From the NCBI GenBank assembly GCA_017654855.1, contig CM030339.1:1-64000 (forward strand): DNA of 64,000 nucleotides, written 5' to 3'. The position numbers were made by a program, and so were the translations under genes. The stretch is from Podospora anserina (lineage: Eukaryota). Below, in pieces: positions 1-11,642 of this stretch (position 1 is the stretch's first letter; every line of letters begins with the position of its first letter). The notes under the pieces are model-generated. The model made no database searches. It was given only the letters and a program-made list of their open reading frames with translations, and was not told the DNA's origin.

Positions 1-172
1 ATCGATTTAGCTCCAGTTATCCAGGGTAGAGGGTAGGTAGGGTACTATGATTAGTACGTAGTACGTAGTGCGTAGTACGTAGTGCGTAGTACGTATGCAT
101 AGTCATAATTTAACATTAATATACGGGCTGACGGGCTGACTGGCTGGCTGGCTGGCCTACATACATAGGCAC

Positions 173-183
173 GGCGCAAGCTC
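173..183 (+). repeat. MUSE1-type ultra-short dispersed repeat GGCGCAAGCTC (representative copy; many copies on both strands, e.g. ~1176, 3265, 4551, 4676, 5818, 6584, 14626, 16898, 21118, 22845, 60861, 61415)
   Basis: The exact 11-mer recurs in spacers, introns, rRNA and ORFs. It matches the Podospora mitochondrial ultra-short element consensus. Confidence 0.9.
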
Positions 184-303
184 CTCCTCACACAAATGTA
201 ATAATACTAATAATTAATCTTATAGGTTAAAATATATTTGTTATATTAAAATATGTTAGCAATGTAACGTAACGTTATTATATAATAAGTATGTTAAAAT
301 ATA

Positions 304-314
304 TTAGTGATGTT
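304..314 (+). promoter_or_regulatory. Putative mitochondrial promoter TTAGTGATGTT upstream of the tRNA/rnl unit
   Basis: Fits the Neurospora-type consensus TTAG(A/T)RR(G/T)(G/C)N(A/T). The context TTAAAATATATTAGTGATGTT recurs before rns. Confidence 0.5.
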
Positions 315-599
315 GTTGTAATATTAAATTGTAATTCATAATTTAAATTTAGTTTAGTTTAGTAGGCTGGCTGGCCTACATACATAGACGCGGCGAAAGC
401 TCCTCCTCGCTATATATAAAGCAGACGAAGTAGAGAGCTTGCAGACGAAGTATAAATATCCGCGCGACGTAGTATGCATACTTCATACTTCGTCTAGTCT
501 TTTTAATGAGGCGGGTGATTATAGTCAGTTCACTGTAGCAGGAAACATTTAGAACTCTACTTCATATCCCGGAGGGATTAGAAGCCTGCCTATTTATAA

Positions 600-672
600 G
601 ATTCCTTGACTTAACTGGTTAAAGTGTATTTTTGATAAGAATAATATCAGCGTTCGAGCCGCTGAGGAATCA
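600..672 (+). tRNA. trnI: tRNA-Ile(GAT)
   Basis: Acceptor GATTCCT/AGGAATC, anticodon loop TTGATAA, T-loop TTCGAG. Confidence 0.93.
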
Positions 673-831
673 AAGAAGGTTAATTATTTAAAGCTTGCGG
701 ATATTTATACTTCGTCTGCAAGCTCTCTACATACTTCGTCTGCTTTATATAAAGCATACGAAGTATGTATGGCGGTATAGTATTAATATAATTAATATTA
801 TGGTTGTACGTTATTTACATTTCAGGATTAA

Positions 832-917
832 AGAGAATTGACCGAGTGGTTTAAGGTGGCTAGCTTGAGATTAGTTATGGTTAATCTCCATCATGGGTTC
901 GAATCCCATATTCTCTG
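832..917 (+). tRNA. trnS: tRNA-Ser(TGA)
   Basis: Acceptor AGAGAAT/ATTCTCT, anticodon loop CTTGAGA, long variable arm. Confidence 0.93.
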
Positions 918-1203
918 CATGCGCAAGCTCTACCTATATTAAAATTATAAACTGAAGGGCGAGGAGCCGAAGCCCATCTCTTTATTTATTTATTTGTGTT
1001 CCATATGAAATGAAGTACACTCCTTAGAAAGTATGCAGGCGTACCTTCACTCTTGAGGAGTATGCCTGCATACAGAAGTAGGCGGGCCGAAGTATGTAGC
1101 ACGGTTTGATTAGTTTATAGTTTTTACCTTCATTATATAGTACTAGGGTACAAACTCTCTTGGACTAAGGTGCAGGGCGCAAGCTCTAAATTTTATATTT
1201 TTA

Positions 1204-1277
1204 CGGGTTAGAGTCAGATTGGTTACGACATCTCATTTGGGATGGGATTATTCTGTGTTCGAGTCACAGTAACCCGA
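1204..1277 (+). tRNA. trnP: tRNA-Pro(TGG)
   Basis: Acceptor CGGGTTA/TAACCCG, anticodon loop TTTGGGA. Confidence 0.93.
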
Positions 1278-3180
1278 TATATTTACTCCTTGTGTAATAC
1301 ATGTTTGTATTTGGCAGGAAAAAAATTTTTAAGTTAAGTTAGAGCTTGCGCCTTTAGGCGTGGCGTGGCACAAACTCCTCCCCCTCGTTATAGCTATACT
1401 AAGGGTATAAATACAGTATTAATTTATTGTAGAAATTATAAAAATATAAATGAATTGTATATATCTTTTATATTATATCTAAGATATACAAGTATATAAA
1501 GAGACTATTATGGAAATACGTGCTATGTATTAAAGAGAGAAATTTAACTTATGTACATGAATAAAACATATGAACTCTTAGAGAAATTATTTAATAAACG
1601 AAGTGAATTGAAATATCTTATTAACTTCAGGAAAAAAAAAAAAAAACGAGATTCTATGATTAGTGTGAACTAAAATAGAGTAGCCTATATAAATAAGTAA
1701 AATGGCCTAAAAGCTGTTTGAATTTATGGGGAACCTTCCTCAAAGGCTAAATATAATACATGAGCGACAGTGAAAAGTACCGTGAGGGAAAATTTTTTTG
1801 AAATAGTAGTTTTATAAGCAGCTCAAGCTGATAATAAAAAAGCAAGAGCGTACCTTTTGCATAATGGGTCACCAAGTTAACATTAGATGCGAGCTAATTA
1901 TCTTGATTTGATAGATGACATGCATAGTTAAACCGATCATTAAAATAATGAATAGTGTCTAAAGTTAGACCCGAAGCCTAGTGATCTTACTATAGTCAGG
2001 GCTATAAAGGTCCGAACGGGTTATCGTTGCAAAGATATCCGAAGAACTATGGTAAGCGAGTGAAAGACAACACTGACTAGGATAGCTGGTTTTCTGCGAA
2101 ACCTATAAAAGTAGGCAGTTTAAGTAACATCTTAGTAGGTACAGAACTTTATCTCAGACAAGATGTATATTCTCATATGGATAAGTAAGGCGCGGCGCGG
2201 CGAAAGCTCTTCCTCGCTATTTATCTATTTATATGAAATACATTTTATTTGTATACATCGGGGGATCGTGAAGATTTTATCGGTGAGTATGTAGACTCGG
2301 AATGACAAAGATGGTTCTTGAATTATCGGACATAGAATGCTAAGGTTGTATGTCAAAAGGGAAACAGCCCAGAACAAAGAAATAGTTAAGGTTCCAAAAT
2401 TATTATTAAGTGAAATTAAGAGGGTTTTTATATAAGTCGACAAGAAGATAGGCCTGGAAGCAGCCATATTTTAAAGACCTCGTAACAGAGCACTTGTTAA
2501 ATCTTAAAAGCATCGAAAATTTATCGGATCTAAATAATATACCGAAACTTTGTCCACAAATGACCATAATAAATTAAGTTATGGTCATTTGTGGGGTAGC
2601 AGAACGTTGAGTTAATATTTGACTTTTCTTTTTTAAAGAAAAATATAGGACAACTCAAGTGATAATGGTGACATGAGTAACAAAAAAGAAGGGCTATGTA
2701 AATTATAATATAATATAATATTATATTATATGTTAAGCTCTCTCGCCTAAAGCTTATGGAAAGAGTTTTAAAAAAGTAACGGCCTCTAAGTTGATAATAC
2801 TTATATTATTGCGATGAGAAAATCTAATTACTTTAGACAACATTTAACCTTCAAGGCACGGGCAAGCACCTCGAAAAATTTATTTTTTTTTTTTTGGAGC
2901 TTGCAACCGCGCCTTGTAGGGAGTGAAAAATGTGCTGGAAAAAAAAGTAACCGATCTGATTTTCTTTATAAAACTAAGTGGGTGACACTACTCATGCATG
3001 CAAACTACTGCGTAGTTAAGCCAGCATGTAGTACGTAGTACCACTCGCTTAATTAAGGAAATAGGAGAAGGAAGTACCGTACCTAGAAACTGAAACAAGT
3101 AAGCTAGTAGAGAATACGAAGGCGTAATGAGGTAACAATCATAAAGGAACTCGGCAAACTAACTACCGTAACTTAGGGAT

Positions 3181-4724
3181 GTTTGTCCTCCAGTAATTTA
3201 AGTATTAACACTTAAAATTGACTGGTAATATATTGGGAAAATTTCAAAAACTACTTTTAACATAGGCGCAAGCTCTAGATAAGTAGATTTGAAGCGAAGT
3301 TTATTAGTATTTGTAGTCCCGACGGCGCGGCGCAAGCTCCTCGTCGGGGCAATGCAAGCTCTGCTGTAACCTTTTTAGCGGGGTGCGCAAGCAGGCGCAA
3401 GCTCGCAAGCTCTAAAAAAACAATAAATTCGTTCAACGACTAAGGCGTGAGTAATACAGCAATAATCGCCTTTTAAAACCCAACTTATCTTTACCTGTAA
3501 TATGCAAATAAAATAATGTCCAACAAATGAAGAATCAAGTAAATAAAAATTTTTATGAGTGAGTTGCTGGGTTTATAGATGCTGAAGGGTGTTTTCACAT
3601 AAAACGTAAAATAATGTCTAATAATAAAATTCGTTATTATTTTGAGTTTGTAATTAAATTACACATAGACGATGAAGCCGTTTTAAGGACTATTTGTCAC
3701 ATACTAGGTGTGGGACGAGTAGTACTAAGACCTAAATATAATACTTGTTCCTTTGAGGTAGGTTCTGAAAAGGAACTACGTATTCTCATCGATTTATTGG
3801 ACGAGTTTCAATTAATGGGTGATAAGTATTTAGATTATATTAATTTCAGGGAGGCTTTCTTTTTATACTTTGATCGTTCAGATTCAGTCACTGAATCTTT
3901 GAAGACCAAAATTGAAGAGATACGGGCCAACCATAATACAAAACGTGCATCTACTACTCTACCTGTCAATTATAAACGCGTAATTACTGATTATAAGTTA
4001 TTAGGGTTTATAGAAGGGGAGGGTAGTTTCATCGTACAGACACGGGGGTTAACTCCTAAATTTGAATTAGAGTTAACTTCAGCTCAAAAACCCCTTTTAA
4101 TAGATATTTGTGAATATTTGATGCTACGTATCCAACTAATAGCTGATGCGACACAACCTCTAAATCTACCTTCTAAAGGTGGAATTAAAATACGTGATCG
4201 TAAGGCTAAGGGTAATAGTAAACCTTCCGTGAGATTAGAAATCACAGGAATTGATTTTTTACACAATTATTTTAATGTGTTTTTAAGCAAATTAGAATTT
4301 TATTCTAGAAAGAAGGAGGATTTTAAAAGCTTTTGCTTTATTTGTAACAAATTATTTAGCAAAGCACACATTGATAATGAAGAAGTAAAAATTTTATTAT
4401 TAAGGCTTTCAGAGGGAATGAATGGAGCAAGATTATCTACAAATAAACTTACAGATAAAACATTAACCGATAAGATTATTTGCAGGGATGAAGAAACTCC
4501 TGATTCTTAAGAAAAATAAAACCCTTGAATATGAGATTTATATCACATAAGGCGCAAGCTCTCAATTCACTAATCGTGTACAGGAACATTATAATAGAAA
4601 ATTTTAGCGAAAACGGTAATAGATAATGAAGACATAGTCTGAACCATGTTGTAAAATATGGAAAGTTAAAGTTAAGGCGCAAGCTCTAATTAGAGCTTTC
4701 GCCTTAATAACTGATAACAAGTTG
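3181..4724 (+). mobile_element. Group IA intron, rnl intron 1 (~mL1699 site)
   Basis: Exon TAGGGAT^AAGG restored on removal. Core motifs TTCAACGACTA and GAAGACATAGTCTGAAC. Ends in G. Confidence 0.88.
3527..4510 (+). CDS. Double-motif LAGLIDADG homing endonuclease (rnl intron 1)
   Basis: Code-4 reading MKNQVNKNFYEWVAGFIDAEG ... LLGFIEGEG. Confidence 0.9.
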
Positions 4725-6543
4725 AAGGAGGGCTCATTAGTCTCGATTAATACGAGTAAAAAGGAAGAAGCATGAAATATTGTTGTACGACTGTTTAATT
4801 AAAACAAAGCACTTTGCATAAAGATGAAAATCTAGGTATTGAGTGTGATCTCTGCCCGATGCCGGCTGGTTAACGAATTAACTATATTGATAAAAGTATG
4901 GTCTTAGAGGAACCCCGGTTAATGGCGGCCTTAGCGTGAGGGTCCTAAGGTAGCGAAACGCCTTGGCCGTTAAATGCGGTCTTGCATGAATGATGTAACG
5001 ATACAACAGCTGTCTCTATGATTGACTCAGTGAAATTGGAATAGCAGTGCAGATACTGCTTACCTCTAGTTAGACGAGAAGACCCTATGCAGCTTTACTG
5101 TTACTAATTATTGAATATGATCCCGGCTATTCTGAGTGTATAAGGTAATTGATAAAATATAATTGAAACACCTTTATTATTCCATCATATTATAATTTAT
5201 TTATTTTAAATTTATCTTAGATTTTTATACTATGCACTACTAAACGTGCTAGTATGGAAATCAGTGTAGCTATATGCGGAACTAAATAAGAAAGTCAACC
5301 GAAATAAATAAATCAAACTACAAGGACGGCGCTATATATAGCTCGTCGTCAAAATACGTATCAGTATGGTGTGATAAGGCAATTTTGTGGCGCAGCTACA
5401 TAGCTGCACCGCTAGTTAGTTGACACCTCACTATGAAGTTACTAATTTACGAACTATAAAATTACGAAGTTAGGAACTTCGTAGTTTACTCATACCAATA
5501 CAATACGTATTTATAAGGTAGAACAATTGTTAGGAGACAGTTTATGCGGGGCACAGACCCCATAAAGAGTAAATGGGTGTGTCTAATAATAAAAAAAAAA
5601 AATTTATGTTTGCAATTTTTTATAGTAATCCTATATTTAATCATGTATGTTCTATTCATAGAATATAATATGAATGAATTCGATTCATTTATAATATAGT
5701 CCTTGGGTACAGTATAAAAATTATATATGTATTTTTGCAATATAATTTCCATGAAATTAGGAGGTAAGATTTTATTTATAGTGAAATTAGACGTAATAAA
5801 GTAAATATTATGAGATAGGCGCAAGCTCGAGACACAAGTTCTGGCGCAAGCTCTGGCACCTCGAGTTTGCACCTCTCTAATATTTTACTATAGTTATTAT
5901 TTAGTGCTGCTGTGCTTAAAATATTTAGCGCAAGCTAAATCTAAGCCTGAAGTATGCTACGCTTAAATTATTTTAAGTGTAAGCTTTTTAATAATAAAAA
6001 TGTTTGTTACTTATAAAGCTTAATGGCTTAATCTTGCCTTACTGTTTGATTAACAACAAATCTTACAGTCGCGTAAGCGGGGCATAGGATCACAAGATAC
6101 AAAAAGGAGAGATCTTGGATTATTGGAAAAGCTACGCTAGGGATGTTTGTCCTTCAATATTTATATTTATGTATACGAAGTCCGCATACAGACGTATAGA
6201 CATACATACTACGTTAGGGATATTTGTACAGAAGTATGTCTGCATAAATATCATACGAAGTATGAAATCGGCTTACGTACGCAATAAATAATTGATAATA
6301 TATTGGGTTAATTTCAAAAATTACTTTTAAGGCTGGGGTGATATATAGCTGTATACAGCTCGCTCTAGAAAAAAAGTAAATTTGAAGCGAAATTTATCTC
6401 AGCATTATAAAGCAGCTAGCTGCTTTACATAAAGATAAAATCGTTCAACGACTATAAGGTGAGTAATGCTAACAATAATCCTTTATTAATACCCAACTTT
6501 CTTTTTTTTTTTATATGTAAAAAAATAATAAATTATACATAGC

Positions 6544-7941
6544 ATGAATAATAAAACTCCAAAGTTTTTATCTATTTTTTTTTGGCGCAAGCTCTTAATA
6601 AAGATAATAAAAAAAAAATACCTTTTAAAAGTAAATCTGAAGTAGGAAAAAGATACTTTCCCCCTGTATCTAGGGAATGAAAAAATAGTATTTATGTATT
6701 TAATAAAAATAATATAAAAAATATGCCTATTTATGATTTAAATATTAATTTATTAATTAAAAAAAAGTTTTTTAATTTGTATTTTAATCCTAAATTTTTA
6801 TATAATAAATATAGATCATATAAAACTAGAAGTATTTCATTAAATAAAATATTTGCTAGTAAGGCAGAAGTAAAACATACTAATAATAAAGCAGTTATAA
6901 CTGTATATGTCTATAACAGAGAAAAAAATATCTTTATTAAAAAAAAAAAAAAAAAAAATTAAACAAAAATCTTTTTAATTTAATAGCTAAATTTGCAGTT
7001 ATTTTATATAAGAAGGAAGGGTGGCTGCATACGAAGTCTGGCTGCTTCTAATCCGGAGGATATGCAAACAAGCTATAGTTCTGATTTTAAGGATTTAGCT
7101 AAAGCTGATAACCAACCAGTAGCCCTACGAAGTCTGCAAGAAATTTTTAAATATGAAAAAACTCTAACTAAATCTTTTTTAATTAAAAACTTAAGACTTC
7201 TTAGAAAATATAAATTAAGACTAAATCTTAATAAATATAAATTTGAAGAAAAAAACTTTTATATAAATTGAAAAATTTTATAGTAAAATATTATAATAAG
7301 AAAGTTGAATTTAATATTGTAAATATTAGATCGGTGGTATTTCATAGTGATTTTTTCACTAATATTTTACTATCTAAATTAAAAAATAGAAGAGCTAATA
7401 TATTAAGAACGATGGATACTATTTTAAATAAGGTAGTTTTACCTAAAGTAAATAGAATAATAGAAAAAAAAGTTTTCATATAAAAGGTATAGATTTTAAA
7501 TTATTAGAAAATAAATATCTAAATACTAAAATAAGTTATATACTTAGAGGGGGCAAGCTCGATAAGAATTTATCTAAATTCTTAAATAAGTTATTTTATA
7601 ACGTTATGAGTGCCGCTGCCACAGCAGCAGCTTCACACCAGTGCCTTAATAAAGATTATTTAAAAATATATGAAATAATTTTTAATTCTATAAATTATAA
7701 AAATATGGGCGGTGTAAGATTAGAAGCTAAAGGTAGATTAACTAAACGATATAGAGCAGATAGATCTCAATTTAAAGTAAGGTGGAAAGGAGGTTTGAAA
7801 AACATTGATTCTTCATATAAAGGATTATCATCTATAAATATGAGAGGTTTTGTTAAACCTAATATTGATTATTCAATACTAGCATATAAACGTCGGATTG
7901 GTGCTTTTGCAGTAAAAGGTTGAGTGTCAGGTAAATCTTAA
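6544..7941 (+). CDS. rps3: Mitochondrial ribosomal protein S3 (S5/Var1-like), with homopolymer frameshifts
   Basis: Motifs YFPPVSREWKNSIY, SKAEVKHTNNKAVITVYVYNREK, GVRLEAKGRLTKRYRADRS, GAFAVKGWVSG. Confidence 0.9.
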
Positions 7942-8385
7942 TCTACATCAGCTACTTATAGTTCAGTTAATACGAGTATAGATTCATGGGCTGTCCCAGG
8001 ATTTTCTGATGCATAAGGTTCATTTAATATAACAGTTTATAATGATAATACTCGTTCTACTAGTTGAGCTATAAAATTACGTTTTAAAATTGAGTTACAT
8101 AATCGGGATTTACATATATTAAATGAAATTAAAAAATTCTTTAATGGAGGAACTATCATAACGGATGAAAATAGTCAAATTAAATTTGAGTCTTTAAAAA
8201 GAATTAGAGTTGATTATAAATCATTTTGATAAATATCCTCTAGTTACAAAAAAAATTTGAAGACTATCTACTTTTTAGACAAGCTTATGTAATGTTAAAA
8301 ACAAAAGAACATTTAACTGAAGTAGGTTTAAAAAGAAATACGTAATATAAAATTATATATGAATAAAGGAAGAGTTTTAAGTTAA
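7942..8385 (+). pseudogene. Degenerate I-OnuI-like LAGLIDADG endonuclease in frame downstream of rps3
   Basis: IDSWAVPGFSDA*GSFNITV...RFKIELHNRD...[14 protein letters not shown]...KEHLT. Confidence 0.8.
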
Positions 8386-9146
8386 AAAGCAATGTGGAAG
8401 CTATAAATAAAAAAAAAATAGCGGAAAATAATAGGTTTGTATTTAGGGCGTAAACTCGTACATTAATTTTAGGTACGAGCCCCATCTGGTGAAAAAAAAA
8501 AAGAAATGAAGAAATAGTCTGAACCCTTTTGTAAAAAATGGAAATAAATTAAAATGATAACAAGTTGAACAGGCTAATTTGCGCAAGAGTGTACATAATG
8601 AGTGCGCGGTTTGGCACCTCGATGTCGGCTTAACTTATCCTCACGGATGCAGAAACTATGTAGGGTACGACTGTTCGTCGATTAAAAAGTTACATGAGCT
8701 GGGTTAAATACGTCGTGAGACAGTATGGTTTCTATCTTCTAGAGGGAATTAGAATATAACAAGGATTAATCTTGTACGAAAGGAACATGGGGTACTGTTG
8801 TATACCCAAAAGGTATGCCAATTTTATTAACCTCTGGTTTACCTGTTGTTTATGTGCCTTGTATTAATTTCTTTTTTTTTTTTCGACGTCGTACGAAAGA
8901 AAAAAAAAAAAGAAAATGGGATGTTATAGTCACTAACTAAATAAATAACATAAGCATGGCAGGAAAGCTAAGTTAGTCAAAGATAAGTGCTGAAAGCATA
9001 TAGGCACGAAGCTTGTCTTGGGATATTTCTTAAATATACGTAATATAATATTACGTCATTAGGCTTAATTTGCAAGAATCTAGAGATTTTAAGGTATTAA
9101 GTACTAATTTTATAGTAAACTATATAATTGATATATTTTATTTAAA

Positions 9147-9217
9147 GCCGAGTTAGCATAAAAAAAATGCAATTGTTTTGTAATCAATAGAAGTAAGTGC
9201 GATACTTGCACCCGGCT
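9147..9217 (+). tRNA. trnT: tRNA-Thr(TGT)
   Basis: Acceptor GCCGAGT/ACCCGGC, anticodon loop TTTGTAA. Confidence 0.88.
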
Positions 9218-9228
9218 AGGAGTTATAA

Positions 9229-9301
9229 GGATTAGTAGTCAAGTGGTACGACATAGCTCTTTTCAATGCTACCATCGCAGGTTCGATTCCTGCCTAGTCT
9301 A
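9229..9301 (+). tRNA. trnE: tRNA-Glu(TTC)
   Basis: Acceptor GGATTAG/CTAGTCT, TTC anticodon, T-loop GTTCGATTC. Confidence 0.87.
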
Positions 9302-9471
9302 TTAGGTAGGCGCAAGCCTACATACATAATGGCGAAGTATATCGAGGAGCTTGCGCTATATATACAGCAGACGAATTATAAATATCCCTACGTCAGGCGC
9401 AGAGGTTTACATACGACGAGTTATATATATAACCCTACGTATGTATGCCCAGCACCGTCATTCTTTTTATT

Positions 9472-9544
9472 GAGGCTATAGCTCAATTGGTAGAGCGTAC
9501 TGCTCATAACAGTAATTATAAGTGTTCAAGTCACTTTAGCCTTA
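9472..9544 (+). tRNA. trnM: tRNA-Met(CAT)
   Basis: Acceptor GAGGCTA/TAGCCTT, anticodon loop CTCATAA. Confidence 0.9.
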
Positions 9545-9633
9545 TGGCTGTATATTCTGCTGCAGACGACTTCGTCGTGCGCTTTAACTTTTAAGTGTAC
9601 GACGAAGTCGTCTGCAGCAAAAGTTCTTAATAA

Positions 9634-9704
9634 TGCGGGTTGGTGTAATAGAAACATTTTTGGCTCATGCCCAAAAGACAAGGGTGCAAATCCTTTACCC
9701 GCAT
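9634..9704 (+). tRNA. trnM: tRNA-Met(CAT), probably initiator
   Basis: Acceptor TGCGGGT/ACCCGCA, anticodon loop CTCATGC. T-loop TGCAA resembles the Neurospora mitochondrial initiator tRNA. Confidence 0.88.
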
Positions 9705-9948
9705 CTGTATATAGATATAGATTTCAGGCTGGCTTGGCGGCTACGCCACAGGAAGTATGCGGCGCTATATATATCGCTATATATAGCGGCGCAAGCTCCT
9801 CCTCGAGCTTGCGCCCTCCTTCTTTAATATGTAATATGAGCATGCGCTTTAGCCTGGTGCGACATATAGCGCTGGGCACACAAGCTTCCTGACGAAGTAT
9901 GTCGGGCGCCATAAAATGTAAGGCTGCTCTTATTTATATCTTTATTAT

Positions 9949-10030
9949 ATCCGAGTGCTGGAATGGTAGACAGTGCAAGCTTAAGTTTTGCTGGTTAATA
10001 GCCGTGAACGTTCAAGTCGTTCCTCGGATA
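9949..10030 (+). tRNA. trnL: tRNA-Leu(TAA)
   Basis: Acceptor ATCCGAG/CTCGGAT, anticodon loop CTTAAGT, variable arm. Confidence 0.92.
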
Positions 10031-10142
10031 TTATATAGTTCTGGGTGCTATATATAGCGCAAGCCCCTCCTCCTCCTCAGGGTTGAGATGTTGCTACTTG
10101 CGCTAAATATTTTAAGCGTACGACGAAGTCGTCTGCACATAA

Positions 10143-10215
10143 GGGGATATAGTCTAATTTGGTAAAACGCTGACTTTGCACGTCGGATTTTCAGGTTCAA
10201 TTCCTGATTTCTCCA
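10143..10215 (+). tRNA. trnA: tRNA-Ala(TGC)
   Basis: Acceptor GGGGATA/TTTCTCC, anticodon loop TTTGCAC. Confidence 0.9.
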
Positions 10216-10218
10216 TAA

Positions 10219-10291
10219 GCCTGAGAAGCTCAATTGGTAGAGCAGAGCATTGAAGCTGCTTTGGTTGTAAGTTCAAGTCTTACCTTAGGCA
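10219..10291 (+). tRNA. trnF: tRNA-Phe(GAA)
   Basis: Acceptor GCCTGAG/CTTAGGC, anticodon loop TTGAAGC. Confidence 0.92.
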
Positions 10292-10300
10292 TAAAATATA

Positions 10301-10384
10301 ATGGATGTGCTGGAAATGGTAGACAGGAGCCGCTTAGGACGGTTTGGTTTAACGACTGTACAAGTTCAAATCTTGTCATCTATA
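10301..10384 (+). tRNA. trnL: tRNA-Leu(TAG)
   Basis: Acceptor ATGGATG/CATCTAT, anticodon loop CTTAGGA, variable arm. Confidence 0.9.
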
Positions 10385-10442
10385 TTTTATAATATATAGA
10401 AAATTTAGGCTGCAGCTACTAAAGCTAAAGCTCTTTATTGAG

Positions 10443-10515
10443 TATGTTGTGGACTAATGGGTAAGTCATAAATTTTTGGTATTTACAATTGAGTGTTCGA
10501 ATCACTCCAACATAA
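10443..10515 (+). tRNA. trnQ: tRNA-Gln(TTG)
   Basis: Acceptor TATGTTG/CAACATA, anticodon loop TTTTGGT. Confidence 0.9.
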
Positions 10516-10917
10516 TTTTTCTATCCGAGCTTGCGTCCTGGCAAAGTATGTCGGGGGGCGTGCGATATACCGCACGAAAAAAGATTAAATGGATTTTTCG
10601 TGCGGTATATCGCGCGCACAAGCTCAGAAAATTTATAATTAGGTTAGTAGTGCTATGTTTATACGCTACACAGGCGCAAGCTCTAATTATTGCTATAATA
10701 TACTTATATTTAAGCTGCAATTGTGGCTTCGCAGCTTCGCGTGCTAAAGTTCTAAAAAAAAAAATAAACCTCGTATTTATTATATAATAAATATTCTAAA
10801 GCTTATAGAGCTTGTGCGCGATATATACCACACGGAAAATATGAGAATACTAATATTGAGAAGGAGCTTGCTTGCGCTATATATAGCGCAAGCTCCTCCT
10901 CGCTCTTATTATTTTAA

Positions 10918-10992
10918 GGATAATATAGCTCAATAGGTAGAGCGACTGTATGTGGCACAGTAGGTTCTCTGTTCAAATCAGAGTATTGTCCC
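10918..10992 (+). tRNA. trnH: tRNA-His(GTG)
   Basis: Acceptor GGATAATA/TATTGTCC, anticodon loop ATGTGGC. Confidence 0.9.
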
Positions 10993-11300
10993 TTTATTGT
11001 TTTTAGGAGGAGGAGCGCGGTGCTATATATAGCACCGCGCTCCCTATCCTTTTTTTCCTTACGCTAAGGACTAGCACTACCTGCACACGATTTCTTGCGA
11101 CGTATACGCTAGTATAACTAAGTCGTACGTACTACGTACTCCTTATATATTTAGGGTGCTGGGCTTACATACGTACGGCTATATATATAGATCTATAGTT
11201 CGTCATCTGTACGCGACGTAGTATGCATTACGGTATGTATGCATACTACGTCGCGCGAGCTCCTCCTCGTGTGTGCGCAAGCTCTAATATAATAAAGTAG

Positions 11301-11371
11301 GCCCGGGTAGTTTAAAGGTAAAACCTTAATTTCATACGTTAAAGATGAGAATTCGATTTTCTCCCCAGGTT
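11301..11371 (+). tRNA. trnM: tRNA-Met(CAT)
   Basis: Acceptor GCCCGGG/CCCAGGT, anticodon loop TTCATAC. Confidence 0.88.
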
Positions 11372-11642
11372 AGTTGATTGGTTGGCTGATTGGTTGGTTG
11401 ATTGGTTGGTTGATTTTTAGAATGAGGAGTTTTTATATGTTTTTATAGGAGCTTGCACGACTTCGCCATATAAGGTGGTGGCAGACATACATATATGTCA
11501 CCGTACGTATGCGCCGTATTTATTTGAGTTATAACAGTAAAGAGCATCACATCGTTGCTTATTATTTAAGCAAGCTCGCTAATTATTAGCCGTTCAAGCT
11601 TGCTTAAAATAATAAAGCCTTAATTTTTTTTTTTTATATTTT

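Larger units (their letters stand above)
6145..8567 (+). mobile_element. Group IA1 intron mL2449 carrying rps3
   Basis: Exon CGCTAGGGAT^AACAGGCT. Core TTCAACGACTA and GAAGAAATAGTCTGAAC. Confidence 0.92.
1450..9120 (+). rRNA. rnl: Mitochondrial LSU rRNA with two group I introns (3181-4724, 6145-8567); ends approximate
   Basis: Conserved LSU motifs: GTACCGTGAGGGAAA, GACCCGAAGC, AAGGAACTCGGCAAA, GGTCCTAAGGTAGCGAAA, GCACCTCGATGTCGGC, GAGCTGGGTT. Confidence 0.95.

Noticed and set aside
40-160. Short tandem repeats (GTACGTAGT, CTGG) as a possible CRISPR or replication origin
   Set aside because: They are microsatellite-like with no repeat-spacer structure, and the context is organellar.
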